Shown here piece by piece: positions 25,898 to 35,725 of a stretch of 64,000 nucleotides of DNA. Positions within the stretch are counted from its first letter, which is position 1, and each line of letters begins with the position of its first letter. The position numbers were made by a program, and so were the translations under genes. The DNA is from Deltaproteobacteria bacterium (GTDB lineage: Bacteria > Myxococcota_A > Polyangia > Fen-1088): positions 128,001 through 192,000 of the forward strand of contig JANRKS010000001.1 of NCBI GenBank assembly GCA_033763315.1. Direction: 5' to 3'. The notes below the pieces were generated by a model. The model was not told where the DNA came from. It did not search any database and saw nothing but the letters and a program-made list of their open reading frames with translations.

Positions 25898-26587
25898 ATG
25901 CGTTTGCGCTGGGTGTGGCTTTTGGTCGTCACGATGTTTGCGCCACCGGCGCGTGGCGCGGATGGTGGCGCGGATCCCGAGGTCAACAAGACGTTCACCG
26001 ATCCCGCTTTGAAGGTGGATGAGTGGGTATCGAAATTCGAGATCGAATCGCGTGAGGTCTATAAGTTTCGCCAGCGCCTTGTGGCCACAGCCCGTGTGAA
26101 AAAAGGCATGGCGGTGGCCGACGTGGGGGCAGGAACAGGGCTGTTCACGTTCTTGTTCGCCGCGGAGGTTGGCAAACAGGGACTTGTTTATGCGGTCGAC
26201 ATTGCAAAGCCCTTCCTGGCTCACATTGCTTCGGTGGCCAAGAGCCGAGGCCTGCCGCAGGTCAAGCCGATCGAAGGTGGATTCGATTCACCTCGTTTGC
26301 CGGAACACAGCGTGGACCGCATCTTCATTTGCGACACCTATCACCACTTCGAACACCCGAGCCTGATGTTGACGGCGCTTTCACGCGCGCTGCGCCCAGG
26401 GGGCGAGTTGGTGCTGGTTGATTTCAAACGTGACGAGGCTAAAAGCTCGGCGTGGACCTTGAAGCACGTGCGCGCCGGCGAAGCGGAAGTGATCAAAGAA
26501 TTCGCTCAAGCGGGCTTTGTCGTGAGCCGGCGTGAGAACTTCTTAACGGACAATTACGTCCTCGTGTTCAAGCCGCGCGCGAACTGA
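25898..26587 (+). CDS. class I SAM-dependent methyltransferase with signal peptide
   Basis: VADVGAGTG, VYAVDI, DTYHHF, LRPGG; N-terminal signal peptide. Confidence 0.88.
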   Translation: MRLRWVWLLVVTMFAPPARGADGGADPEVNKTFTDPALKVDEWVSKFEIESREVYKFRQRLVATARVKKGMAVADVGAGTGLFTFLFAAEVGKQGLVYAVDIAKPFLAHIASVAKSRGLPQVKPIEGGFDSPRLPEHSVDRIFICDTYHHFEHPSLMLTALSRALRPGGELVLVDFKRDEAKSSAWTLKHVRAGEAEVIKEFAQAGFVVSRRENFLTDNYVLVFKPRAN

Positions 26588-26692
26588 TTACGTTACGTCG
26601 ACCCTACGGCAGTCACGACAGTTGCCTTGTGTGCTTCTGCGGTTACCGCGAGAACGCATCGGATGTGAACGAGTTTCATCGGCAACAGCCGT

Positions 26693-26708
26693 TGGCGTGA
26701 GGGTTGCA
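26693..26708 (+). promoter_or_regulatory. candidate sigma54 promoter
   Basis: TGGCGT-GAGGG-TTGCA with canonical GG-N10-GC spacing; predicted start about 3 nt before ATG 26722. Confidence 0.5.
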
Positions 26709-26721
26709 GTCTCGTGCCCGT

Positions 26722-27927
26722 ATGAAAAAGCGGATGTTGGTTGCGGTGTTGGCGTTGGGGCTCATAGGTTGTGATGATGAGGCCGATGACGGCGTGGACG
26801 CGGGACTGGCGGACGCGGGCATAGACGCTCCTTTGGGGAGCGACGCGCGCGACGGCGGCTCTGATGCGAATCGCGACGGTGGTGGCGACGCACGTGTCAA
26901 CGACGCGGCGGCAATCGATGCCAACACATCGGTGGATGCGTTCATGCCACCGCGCGATGGGGCAAGTGGGGATGGCAATGGTGATGGTGGTGAGGACGCA
27001 CCCGTTTTACCTTCATCGACCACAGCCATCATCACCGCGGTGGCAGGTGGGCAAATCCCGCTACAAGAAGCGACGTTGCTCGCGCTCAAGGGGTCTTTGG
27101 TCAACGACAGGGCAATCACTGTGACCGCGTCGCCCGCTCTTGCAGGCACGGCACGCCACGGCGACGTCAATGGCATGATCTACGGCATCGAGCCTGCTTC
27201 CTTGCAATTCGATGCACCGGTGCAGCTGACGATCACCGCCACAGGCGCCGTGCCGGAAGGTTCACAAGCGGCTTTGGCCCTTCTTGAACCCGGCGGTACC
27301 TGGGCGATTCTTCCCTCAACATGGAACGACAAAACGTCTCAGATCTCGGGACTCATCACCCGGGGCGGTCGTTACGCCTTGCTGCTGAGCTCCACTGTGT
27401 TTGCGTGCCCCGCGGCCACCAGGTGTGGCGGCACATTGGCTGGTGCGTATGAGTACGCTGGCGAATGTACGCGCGTCGTGGCTGCCGCACCTCCCGTTGC
27501 GTGTGGCCCCGACAACGAGGCCACTGTCACCACAACGTCGTCGCGCACCGGCAGCATTACGTTCTCGGGGCTGACGTTTGCGACGAACACCACGACCAAC
27601 CGCCGCGCCGACGTTCGCACAGACACGGCATGCACGGCTTATGGGCAAAATGCGGGAGACGCCACGTGCGGCGACCTTGCCAGCCGCTTGGTGCAGAGCA
27701 AGCTTTACACATGGAACTGCAGTGGCGACATCAACAACCGCTGTTTCTGCAGCGGATCGGTGCAGGAGCCTCAACAACTCACCGGCGCCTTTTTTACCAG
27801 TGATGGCAAGCTCACGCTCACGCCGCTTGCGGGGGCCAATGAAACCACGCAAGACTACTGCGTGGCAGGCAACACCGTGAAGGCGGGCGACGACAACATC
27901 GCGGTGACTTTGAGAAAGGCGCCCTAG
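26722..27927 (+). CDS. lipoprotein with DA/DG-rich linker, ZU5-like domain and Cys-containing C-terminal domain
   Basis: Lipobox LIGC; YGIEPASLQFDAPVQLTI is ZU5-like; CGGTLAGAY module. Confidence 0.75.
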   Translation: MKKRMLVAVLALGLIGCDDEADDGVDAGLADAGIDAPLGSDARDGGSDANRDGGGDARVNDAAAIDANTSVDAFMPPRDGASGDGNGDGGEDAPVLPSSTTAIITAVAGGQIPLQEATLLALKGSLVNDRAITVTASPALAGTARHGDVNGMIYGIEPASLQFDAPVQLTITATGAVPEGSQAALALLEPGGTWAILPSTWNDKTSQISGLITRGGRYALLLSSTVFACPAATRCGGTLAGAYEYAGECTRVVAAAPPVACGPDNEATVTTTSSRTGSITFSGLTFATNTTTNRRADVRTDTACTAYGQNAGDATCGDLASRLVQSKLYTWNCSGDINNRCFCSGSVQEPQQLTGAFFTSDGKLTLTPLAGANETTQDYCVAGNTVKAGDDNIAVTLRKAP

Positions 27928-27929
27928 CT

Positions 27930-29006
27930 TCAATCCACCCGTACGACGCCCGCACGCGACAAACCACGTGCCGGATCCACGTCCACGACCATAAAGTGCC
28001 GGCCGATGCCGTCGAGGCGTTCGGGAATGGCGCCGCCTCCCCCTGTGATGAAGGCGGGGATGCCCGCGTTGTTGAACGCATAGAACGAATGCACGTGGCC
28101 GTAGATCGTCATGTCCACTTTGCCCAAGGCAAGCCGCGAAAGCAGCTTGCTGGCTTCGAGGCGGCTGGCAAACGCGCCATTGCGTGTGCCCACGGGATCT
28201 AAGGGCGGAATGTGCATAAACACGAAATGCAGACGATCGAGACCCTCTGCCAGCCATTCATCGAGCCAATCGTAAACCACCGGCGCCAACGTGGCGCTGG
28301 CTGAATCGAGAAGGGTGAATTGCAAGCCCGCATGCACGAAGCGGAAGTTCCCGCGGCCAAAATATTCGTGAAAGATGTCGTCACGCGTGCCGAGCTCGTG
28401 GTTGCCCAAGGTGGCGTAAAGCGGAACGCGAAGGTTCTTCATCGCGGCTTGAAATTGTTGCAGCTGTTTGTCGGTGCCCCGCCGCGTGAGATCGCCGCTG
28501 AAGACCACGAAGCGCACGCCAGGCTCCAGGTTGATGCGATCGTAAATGTCTTGCACGTCGTCGAGGCGCTCTTGTACGTCGGCCAAAACGGCAAATTGCC
28601 ACGGGGCCAGTGATGCGGCGTCAGGCGCGGACAGAAACAGCGTGTTGGCGCCTGGGGCGAGCCCTCGCAGTGCCCAGGTTTTTTCTGTGGGCACCGGCGC
28701 GGCCACAAGCGTTGTGGTGACACCGGGCGCGCGAAGTGTGGCATCAACGAGCACGTTCTCGATGCGCAGTGATGCCTCCGCCATGCCTGCAGGAACCGTG
28801 AGCGTGATCGTGAGCGATGGCGCTTGGGCCCACAGCGAAACACGGCCAGGCTCAATGGCGCGCACAGCGGCCAGGCCGTCTTGCACATCCACACGCATGG
28901 CGCCGGCTTGCAGGTGGCCAACTTGCGTGTCGCGCTGGGCGCGATCGTCGGCCACACCCACGCAGCCACAAACCAACAGCATCGACAACACAAGATAGGT
29001 TTTCAT
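27930..29006 (-). CDS. calcineurin-like metallophosphoesterase lipoprotein
   Basis: LADVQ, SGDLT, LGNHE, FMHIPP, GHVH; lipobox VCGC. Confidence 0.9.
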   Translation of the reverse strand: MKTYLVLSMLLVCGCVGVADDRAQRDTQVGHLQAGAMRVDVQDGLAAVRAIEPGRVSLWAQAPSLTITLTVPAGMAEASLRIENVLVDATLRAPGVTTTLVAAPVPTEKTWALRGLAPGANTLFLSAPDAASLAPWQFAVLADVQERLDDVQDIYDRINLEPGVRFVVFSGDLTRRGTDKQLQQFQAAMKNLRVPLYATLGNHELGTRDDIFHEYFGRGNFRFVHAGLQFTLLDSASATLAPVVYDWLDEWLAEGLDRLHFVFMHIPPLDPVGTRNGAFASRLEASKLLSRLALGKVDMTIYGHVHSFYAFNNAGIPAFITGGGGAIPERLDGIGRHFMVVDVDPARGLSRAGVVRVD

Positions 29007-30118
29007 AGCGACACCTGCCCATAGCGATAGACCAGTGACAGCGTGCTGACGATCGCGGATCCTGCGGCAACGTCTGCCACTACGCCCCAGCGCTGCGTCA
29101 AGAACGCGCGCACGTCAGTTCCGAAGTAACCCAAGGCGCCGCTGCCCAATCCATACGTCTTGAGCCCGCCCACGAAATCATCGTGCCGGTGGTTGTAGAA
29201 CACGCGCCATTGGCCCCAACGTTGAGCGGTTTTTCCGAGGTAGAGGCCGAAAGCAAATCCCCCAAGCAAAATGGTGTTGGCAACGGTGGCATGCACATCG
29301 GGGTAACGATAGGCGCCGATGCCCACACCCGCGCTGCCCTCGATGAAGGCGCCACGCAGCGTGGGTGCAATGGTCAGCAGATCCAAGCGTGTCTGCAGCT
29401 GCGCTTGCACGCCGGTGATGCGGAAACGGCTGGGAAACGCGAGCTTTTGGCTTTCCTGGTAGCGGTGATGATACGCACCAAGCTCAAGGTCCACGAAGCT
29501 TCCCGTCGCCGCTTGTCCCGTGGCCACAGGTCCCACGAATCGATAAGCCGCGTCACCTTCCATGCGGCTGGTGTCGCCATTGGCCGCAAACCACGCCGAA
29601 GGGCAAAGGCGCCAGCGACGCGTCCACACCTGCAGCGACGTGCCCACGAGCACGCTGCCAGACAACGTTGGATCGTCCACCCACTTGACGCCTGCGGTGG
29701 CTTGCAACCACGGCATTTGTCGCAAGGGATCACCTGTGCCTCCCGCGGGCGCGAGAACGCCGTACAGATCGGCAAGCCAAGTGATGGCCAACAACCCTGC
29801 GCCCGCCATGCTGGTGAGCGCCAGGAGGCTCACCGTGTGCCGCGAGGCGCCCGTAAGCGCCAAGCCTGTGGCGCCGACCAGCAAGGCACCCACGCCCACG
29901 CCTTCCCATTTCAAAAGTGAGTACGCCGTGGCGCGGTTGCCTTGCGCGAAGTGCCCCGAGCCGTGCAAGACGAGGCCGGGCATTAGCGCGGCGGCGGCAG
30001 GCAAGGCGCGCGGCTTCTCGTGCTCAACAACGTTGGTGGGCGCCGGTGCCGGTGCGTGCGATTGGTCAGCAACAGTTTGCCCATGCAGCGTACACAGAAG
30101 CGATACAAGCCCAAGCAC
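29003..30118 (-). CDS. hypothetical membrane protein (TM helices plus beta-rich C-terminus)
   Basis: PGLVLHGSGHF motif, hydrophobic hairpin, amphipathic strands; ATGA overlap with the phosphoesterase gene. Confidence 0.7.
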   Translation of the reverse strand: MLGLVSLLCTLHGQTVADQSHAPAPAPTNVVEHEKPRALPAAAALMPGLVLHGSGHFAQGNRATAYSLLKWEGVGVGALLVGATGLALTGASRHTVSLLALTSMAGAGLLAITWLADLYGVLAPAGGTGDPLRQMPWLQATAGVKWVDDPTLSGSVLVGTSLQVWTRRWRLCPSAWFAANGDTSRMEGDAAYRFVGPVATGQAATGSFVDLELGAYHHRYQESQKLAFPSRFRITGVQAQLQTRLDLLTIAPTLRGAFIEGSAGVGIGAYRYPDVHATVANTILLGGFAFGLYLGKTAQRWGQWRVFYNHRHDDFVGGLKTYGLGSGALGYFGTDVRAFLTQRWGVVADVAAGSAIVSTLSLVYRYGQVSL

Positions 30119-30201
30119 GCCGTATCATAGCAAGGCCGCGTGCGATGGGGTGAAGCGGCCGGTCGCCCTTGCCACGCGCACGCATGTGTAACAGCGGCTC
30201 A

Positions 30202-32250
30202 TTACGTGGCGTGCGCGAGTTTCACCACGACGCCGGCGTCGGCGTCCACCAACACCAGATCCCCTTCGTGCAGCACCACTGTTGCCCCCGCAACGCCTAC
30301 AACGGCGGGCATGCCGCGCTCACGCGCTTGTGCGGCCACGTGATCCAACGGACCTCCGGTTTCCACCACGAACGCCGCGGCGCTAAGCAAGGGCAACTCG
30401 GTGGGCAAGATCGACTTGGCGATCAACACGGCGCCGCTGTCGTTGCAACCTTGGCCGGGCCTCAACAGTTTCACGACCCCCACCACACGGCCACCCGTGC
30501 CGTGCCCCCGCAAGCCTGTGGCAGCTTTCGTCGGCGGTGGGTTCAGCATTTGCGCAGCGTATGCCGCCCTGCCGAACGCGGCGGCTTGTCGCAGCCCCGC
30601 TGGGGTTTGCGGCTGCGCGGCTGCGTCTCGCACAAGCGGCAGTGGCACAAAGAACACATCCTCGGCTTGATCAAGAATGGCCTGAGCGGCCCAAGCCTCG
30701 CCCAACGCCAGCAGCGCGCGACGGACGGGGGCCTGCAACCGTGCATACAGCCAATCGTCGTCCTCGCCGCGCGCGGCACAGGCCAAACCGGTGGCATGCA
30801 AGACTTCGAGCTCGCTGTGCAGGCTTGCAGGAAGCGCGGCTCTGATTCGCATGATTGCAGCTTGCGCGCGCAACATTGCCACGTCGAGCCGTGGCCTCGT
30901 GGCCCCACTGTCGATGTTGCCCATGGACGTAAGCCTTACTTGTTCACGCAGCGTAGGCGCACAAACGTCCCATAGGCTGGGCTCGTCGCCAAACAGCTGC
31001 AGATAGGCGTGCCACGCGTGCGCGCGTGCTTGATCGTCGGCCGCCGTTCGAACACGTTCAAGGAAATGTTGGCGTTCAATGGCTTTTGAATTTTGTGGCT
31101 GCAGCGCCCACGGGATCTCGTTCACCGCAGCAGGCGCATGTCGGCTCACGAATGATTCGAACGCCTGGCGGCCTTGTTTAACTGCCGCGCCAATGGTGCC
31201 CACAAGTTCCGTGTAGTGCTTGCAAAACACTTCCAACGCGGCTTCCAACGCTGGCTGCGCTGATAGAGTTGCCAGGTCGGCATCAGCGCGGCTTTGCAGA
31301 TTGGTGAAGCGTTCATCAATGGCCGCGGGATCGATGGCGGGCGCAGGCCGATTGGCGCGTGGGCGGTAGAACAAGTAACCGCCAAACAATTCCTGATCGA
31401 AGCCAACGTCACACACCTGCTGGACCAGCGCCACCAGGCCTTGTTGTGCGGGAGACAGTGGCGCCGGGTTGTGGCTCACGTCCCAGATCCATTCGTCGCT
31501 CGGAGCCACGGGCGTGGCGTCTCGGCTTTGCGCGCTTGGGCGCCAGGGGGGCGCGGGCGTGGCTGGTGTGAACGGCCGCCATTGCAAATACACAAACGCC
31601 TCGCCATCGTGGACCCATTCGATTTCGCACGCGCCGTGCGCCAGCGCGAGGCCTGTGACCGCATGTTCAAGCTCGGCAGTCTGGACCGCCGACAACGTGC
31701 CGTTGCCCACCCATACCGTGACGTCGTTGTGGGCAGCCGCCGCTGCGTGCCCCCACGCCTGCCCCGCGATGAACGGATGCACCAGCACGCACACGGGGGC
31801 GTGCAGTGGCGGGCGCGTGTGCCCTTGCGCATACGCCAGCGCCGCGGGTGCCAAGGCCGAAGCCAACACCTTCCGCACCGCCGCAGGCACATCCGCCGTG
31901 TCCACGTTCACGCATGATTCGTAAACGCCCGCCGCCAGCGCGCGCGCGTTGTCTTCGCCCGCGAACGAGGAGCGCACCGCAAACGTCGTGGAACCAAAAG
32001 GCTGTAGCCGCCATTGCAGTTCACCAATGAAATCTTCGGGCCACGGCGCGTTCATTACCTGCTCAGGCGTTAGGTTTGCCGTGCCATCTGCAAGCAAAGC
32101 ACGCAGCAACGCGTCCGTGCACACGAAGCCTGGCGGCGTGCGCAGCCCGCACGCTTGCAGCAACGCCAGCGACGCCGCTTTGCCGCCGCCTACGTGCGCC
32201 TCAAGCGGCAAGGGGTTGGTGAACCTTACAGGCATAAGCGTGTCATCCAT
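30202..32250 (-). CDS. PEP-utilising enzyme: PPDK-type ATP-grasp, central domain, C-terminal phospho-His domain (RPH-like order)
   Basis: GGKAASL, TPPGF, AVRSS...ED...AGVYES, EIEW...LQWRP; ETGGPLDHVAAQARERGMPAVVG. Confidence 0.85.
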   Translation of the reverse strand: MDDTLMPVRFTNPLPLEAHVGGGKAASLALLQACGLRTPPGFVCTDALLRALLADGTANLTPEQVMNAPWPEDFIGELQWRLQPFGSTTFAVRSSFAGEDNARALAAGVYESCVNVDTADVPAAVRKVLASALAPAALAYAQGHTRPPLHAPVCVLVHPFIAGQAWGHAAAAAHNDVTVWVGNGTLSAVQTAELEHAVTGLALAHGACEIEWVHDGEAFVYLQWRPFTPATPAPPWRPSAQSRDATPVAPSDEWIWDVSHNPAPLSPAQQGLVALVQQVCDVGFDQELFGGYLFYRPRANRPAPAIDPAAIDERFTNLQSRADADLATLSAQPALEAALEVFCKHYTELVGTIGAAVKQGRQAFESFVSRHAPAAVNEIPWALQPQNSKAIERQHFLERVRTAADDQARAHAWHAYLQLFGDEPSLWDVCAPTLREQVRLTSMGNIDSGATRPRLDVAMLRAQAAIMRIRAALPASLHSELEVLHATGLACAARGEDDDWLYARLQAPVRRALLALGEAWAAQAILDQAEDVFFVPLPLVRDAAAQPQTPAGLRQAAAFGRAAYAAQMLNPPPTKAATGLRGHGTGGRVVGVVKLLRPGQGCNDSGAVLIAKSILPTELPLLSAAAFVVETGGPLDHVAAQARERGMPAVVGVAGATVVLHEGDLVLVDADAGVVVKLAHAT

Positions 32251-32264
32251 GCACGCGTGCTTGG

Positions 32265-33833
32265 CTAGTTGCCGTCGCCCAGGCCGAAAAATTGCTGCAT
32301 TTTGCGCAAGATTTGGCGACTCTGTTCGTTGGGCATGCGGTGTTGCACGCGGCCGTCATGGCTCGACAAGGCGTCATCCAAGCCTTGCTGGCGGTTGGCC
32401 AAGATCGTTGCCAATTCGGCGGCCACCTCGGGACGTGAATGCACAAGTTGATTCACGGCGTCTCGATCCAACCGGTAACATTCCACTTCGGTGATTGCGG
32501 TGACCGTGGCCGTGCGGGGCATGCCCGTCATCAAGCCATGCTCACCAAAAAAGCCAGGCGCGCTGATGGAGCCCACCACCGACTCTTTGCCGTCGCGTGC
32601 CGCACGGATTTCAACTTGGCCCGAGCACAAGATGTAAAGCCAATGCGCTTCGGCGCCTTGGCGTGTGATGACTTCGCCGCGCGCGAACACCGCGTAGGTC
32701 AGCCGCGCGGCAAGGTGGTCGCGTTCGTCCGGCGTGATTGTGCTGAACAGATCTACCTTCGAGAGCACGTCGGTGCGCCGCTGTAACTCGCGCTGCGCTT
32801 TGCGTTCGGCATGCGCTTCATCGTCTTGCGCCACAAAGATGGTGGCGGCGGGCACGGCCAGCGGAATGCCGGCGCGTTTAAGCGCGGCAAAGATGCGCAC
32901 GCGCACCGAGGAGCTTATAAGGTCATCTTGTGCCAGATCGGTCAACCAATAGCGCACGGCATAGTGCGCGAAACTGTCGCGGCCATTGTTCGCGAGATCA
33001 AAGCAAACGCAGTTCGGTGCGGGCGTGCTTGCCACACAAGGCAACGGCGCGCTTCGCAGCGATTTTTCCACCGTTTCGATCACGGTGGCCGGGCTGAAAC
33101 GAAAATCAACGTTGAAGTGAACCCACGTGCGGTGTTGCACGGGCTGGCCCGTTCGTTTTCCCAACAAAGTGATGGTTTGTGAAAGCAGGCTGCTGTTGGG
33201 AACGATCACGGTGTCCCAGTTTCGGGTTTCCACGACCACATGGCGCCAGCGAATCTCTTTGACGAGGCCTTCCACGTCACTGCCAAAGCGAATCCAATCA
33301 CCCACGGAGATGGAATCGTCCAACTGCAGGGTGAGTCCGCCGAACATGTTGCCGAGGGTCGCTTGCATTGAGAACGCCAAGATGGCGGTGACCACCGCCG
33401 ATGTGGCGACCAAGCTTGAAAAATCAACGCCATTGCGGCGCAAGAACACGAACATCGTCACCACGTAAGCCGCGCCCAAAGCCAACTCGTGCACGATGTT
33501 CGGTACGTGCAAGCGCAGCCGCGGCAGCGCCAGTTCAAACACCACCAGGGCGCCCGCGTTGACGGCCAGCAACCGCACACACAACCACGTGACGTCGCCA
33601 AGGAAATCGATCCACGCGGGCTTGATCGTGGACGTGTAAGGCATCGCGTAGCTCAACGTCAGCTGTGCCGTGAGCGCGGCCACATAAAGCACAAATGGCG
33701 CCACCAACCGCCGCACACGCCGCCGCCGATCCGGCGCCAACCGACCCACCAGGAAGGCCACACCCACAACCAACGCCGCTAAGGCAGCGACGTGAAGAAA
33801 CAGCGTGGGAGAAAACTCGATACGTTGGCTCAA
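32265..33833 (-). CDS. MscS-family mechanosensitive channel with cyclic-nucleotide-binding domain
   Basis: QATLGNMFGGL...VGDWI...VIVPNS; GEVITRQG...FFGEHGL...PRTATV. Confidence 0.92.
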   Translation of the reverse strand: MSQRIEFSPTLFLHVAALAALVVGVAFLVGRLAPDRRRRVRRLVAPFVLYVAALTAQLTLSYAMPYTSTIKPAWIDFLGDVTWLCVRLLAVNAGALVVFELALPRLRLHVPNIVHELALGAAYVVTMFVFLRRNGVDFSSLVATSAVVTAILAFSMQATLGNMFGGLTLQLDDSISVGDWIRFGSDVEGLVKEIRWRHVVVETRNWDTVIVPNSSLLSQTITLLGKRTGQPVQHRTWVHFNVDFRFSPATVIETVEKSLRSAPLPCVASTPAPNCVCFDLANNGRDSFAHYAVRYWLTDLAQDDLISSSVRVRIFAALKRAGIPLAVPAATIFVAQDDEAHAERKAQRELQRRTDVLSKVDLFSTITPDERDHLAARLTYAVFARGEVITRQGAEAHWLYILCSGQVEIRAARDGKESVVGSISAPGFFGEHGLMTGMPRTATVTAITEVECYRLDRDAVNQLVHSRPEVAAELATILANRQQGLDDALSSHDGRVQHRMPNEQSRQILRKMQQFFGLGDGN

Positions 33834-33846
33834 TGAAGGTCCTTGT

Positions 33847-35046
33847 TTATTGTATGGGGCAACCCACGGGCAGCGCCACCGGTGCGGGCACGCTGGTGTT
33901 TTCTAAGGTGCCAATGCCCACCTGGCCTTCGGTGTTGCGACCCCAGCACCACAAGCTGCGGTCTTGGCGGATCGCGCATGTATGCGCCGCCCCTGCCGAC
34001 ATGAATATCGCGTCAGTCAGCACCTCGATCGCTTCGTTCTCGGGCACAACTGCGCGCGGGTCGGGCCCCACTTGACCCTGATCGTTGGCACCTGCGCATT
34101 TCATCTTGAGGTCTGTGGTGATCACGCACGCGTGGTTCTGCCCCAAGGTGATCCCCAAATTGTCTTTGCCCCAGCCCACCACTTCGGGTGTGGCCAAGGG
34201 AGGTGAACAGAAGATGCGGCCCGCGTCTTCACCCGCGGACACCACGCACGTGCGGCCCGGGCCCACCGCCACCGCGGCGATACCCACCGTGAACGCTGCG
34301 GGCAAGACAGGCGCCAATCCCACCCCGGGCTCAGGCGCCACGCCCAACGCACCCGTTTCGTTGGCGCCCCAACAGCGCAGTTCACCTTTGGTGGTGCGAA
34401 GGCAGGTGTGATCCACCGTGGCCACCAAGGACGAGGTGGCTTCCGTTAAAGCGCCCAGCACCACGGGGGTAGGCCGATCCACGGCGGTGCCATCGCCCAC
34501 CAAACCTCCGCGGCCCCAACAAAACACGCGGCCGTCGGTCAGCAGCGTGCACGCGTGTTCGCCACCCGTGACGATCGCTGAACTGTTGCCCGGCAACATC
34601 ACCGGCACAGGTTTGCTGAGCGGTGGTGCGCCTTCGGGGGCACCCACCGGCCGCCCCCAACAAAGCACCTGATTGTCAGTGGCGCGTCCGCAAGAAGCGC
34701 CGCTTGAGGCACGGATCTCGACCAGTGGTTTGGGCGTGACGACGATCGCCGGCAGCGGCCGTGTCACCAGATCGCCCATCCCCAACTGACCTTGGTCGTT
34801 CGCGCCCCAACAGAACGTGCGGCCATCCACAAGCAAGGCGCAGGTGTGGGTGGCTCCGGCAGAGACGCGGGCCACCTGGCACGAGCGCGGGTTTTGCACC
34901 TGCAACACATCGGCCTCGCCGGCGTCGATGGCACCCGACGTTGGACCGGTGCCGTTGTCAGCGTCGCTACAGCCTCCGCCCAGCCACAGCGCGAGCGCAC
35001 ACAGAAGCCGGGTGGGAAGGCGAAAGCGCGACGCTACATAAGCCAT
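33847..35046 (-). CDS. RCC1/BLIP-II repeat lipoprotein
   Basis: Repeated AGxxHTCA...CWGxNxxGQLG; lipobox GGGC. Confidence 0.9.
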   Translation of the reverse strand: MAYVASRFRLPTRLLCALALWLGGGCSDADNGTGPTSGAIDAGEADVLQVQNPRSCQVARVSAGATHTCALLVDGRTFCWGANDQGQLGMGDLVTRPLPAIVVTPKPLVEIRASSGASCGRATDNQVLCWGRPVGAPEGAPPLSKPVPVMLPGNSSAIVTGGEHACTLLTDGRVFCWGRGGLVGDGTAVDRPTPVVLGALTEATSSLVATVDHTCLRTTKGELRCWGANETGALGVAPEPGVGLAPVLPAAFTVGIAAVAVGPGRTCVVSAGEDAGRIFCSPPLATPEVVGWGKDNLGITLGQNHACVITTDLKMKCAGANDQGQVGPDPRAVVPENEAIEVLTDAIFMSAGAAHTCAIRQDRSLWCWGRNTEGQVGIGTLENTSVPAPVALPVGCPIQ

Positions 35047-35156
35047 GACCGCCATGATACACCGGGACTTTGGGTGAAGCCGTGTGCGCCAAGCGCGCAA
35101 CAGAGCGCGGAAGGCTTGGCCGGCCCGCGAAAACAGACTAAGAACACCAAGCACAT

Positions 35157-35714
35157 ATGAGGGGACCCCTGTTTTCCGGCGCCGTCGGGCATCGATCGAC
35201 GCTTGAGCGTTTGGCGGCTCTGGTGCGGCAACGGTCGCCCGTGGTGGTCCTCGGCACCGTGTGGTTGGCCGAAGCGCTGGCCGAGGCCACACCCGTGCTG
35301 CTGTTGGTCGAAGCGCGCCGTTTGCGTGCGGCGATGCGTGCGAGCAAACGCTGTGAGAAGGCCGGCCGGCAGCTGACGGTGGCCATTGCGGGGCCCGCGT
35401 TGCCTTTGCGCCCGGCGGGTGCGGGCGCGTTGGTGCTCGACGATCTGGTCGATCTCGAAGACGACGATCTGTTGACGTATGTGCCGGATCTTGTGCCCTT
35501 CATGAGCGAGGGCGGGCTGCTGGTCACGCTCGATCGAACCAAAGAGCCCGCCACCGAAAGCCGCATTGCTGGCAGCTTCTTGGCGGGGGGGTTGTTACGC
35601 ATCGGCCAGGAGCGTCCGCGCGAAGGCGCACTCATCACAGTGGGCGCGGCGCCTGGGGCAGATGTTGTGGCGGCGCTGTCCGCGTCTGCCATTGCCCTTG
35701 GCGCCAGCGAGTAA
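35157..35714 (+). CDS. hypothetical protein (degenerate methyltransferase-like fold)
   Basis: ALPLRPAGAGALV...MSEGGLLVTLD weakly resembles class I methyltransferase motifs. Confidence 0.5.
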   Translation: MRGPLFSGAVGHRSTLERLAALVRQRSPVVVLGTVWLAEALAEATPVLLLVEARRLRAAMRASKRCEKAGRQLTVAIAGPALPLRPAGAGALVLDDLVDLEDDDLLTYVPDLVPFMSEGGLLVTLDRTKEPATESRIAGSFLAGGLLRIGQERPREGALITVGAAPGADVVAALSASAIALGASE

Positions 35715-35725
35715 GCCAGGCCCGC

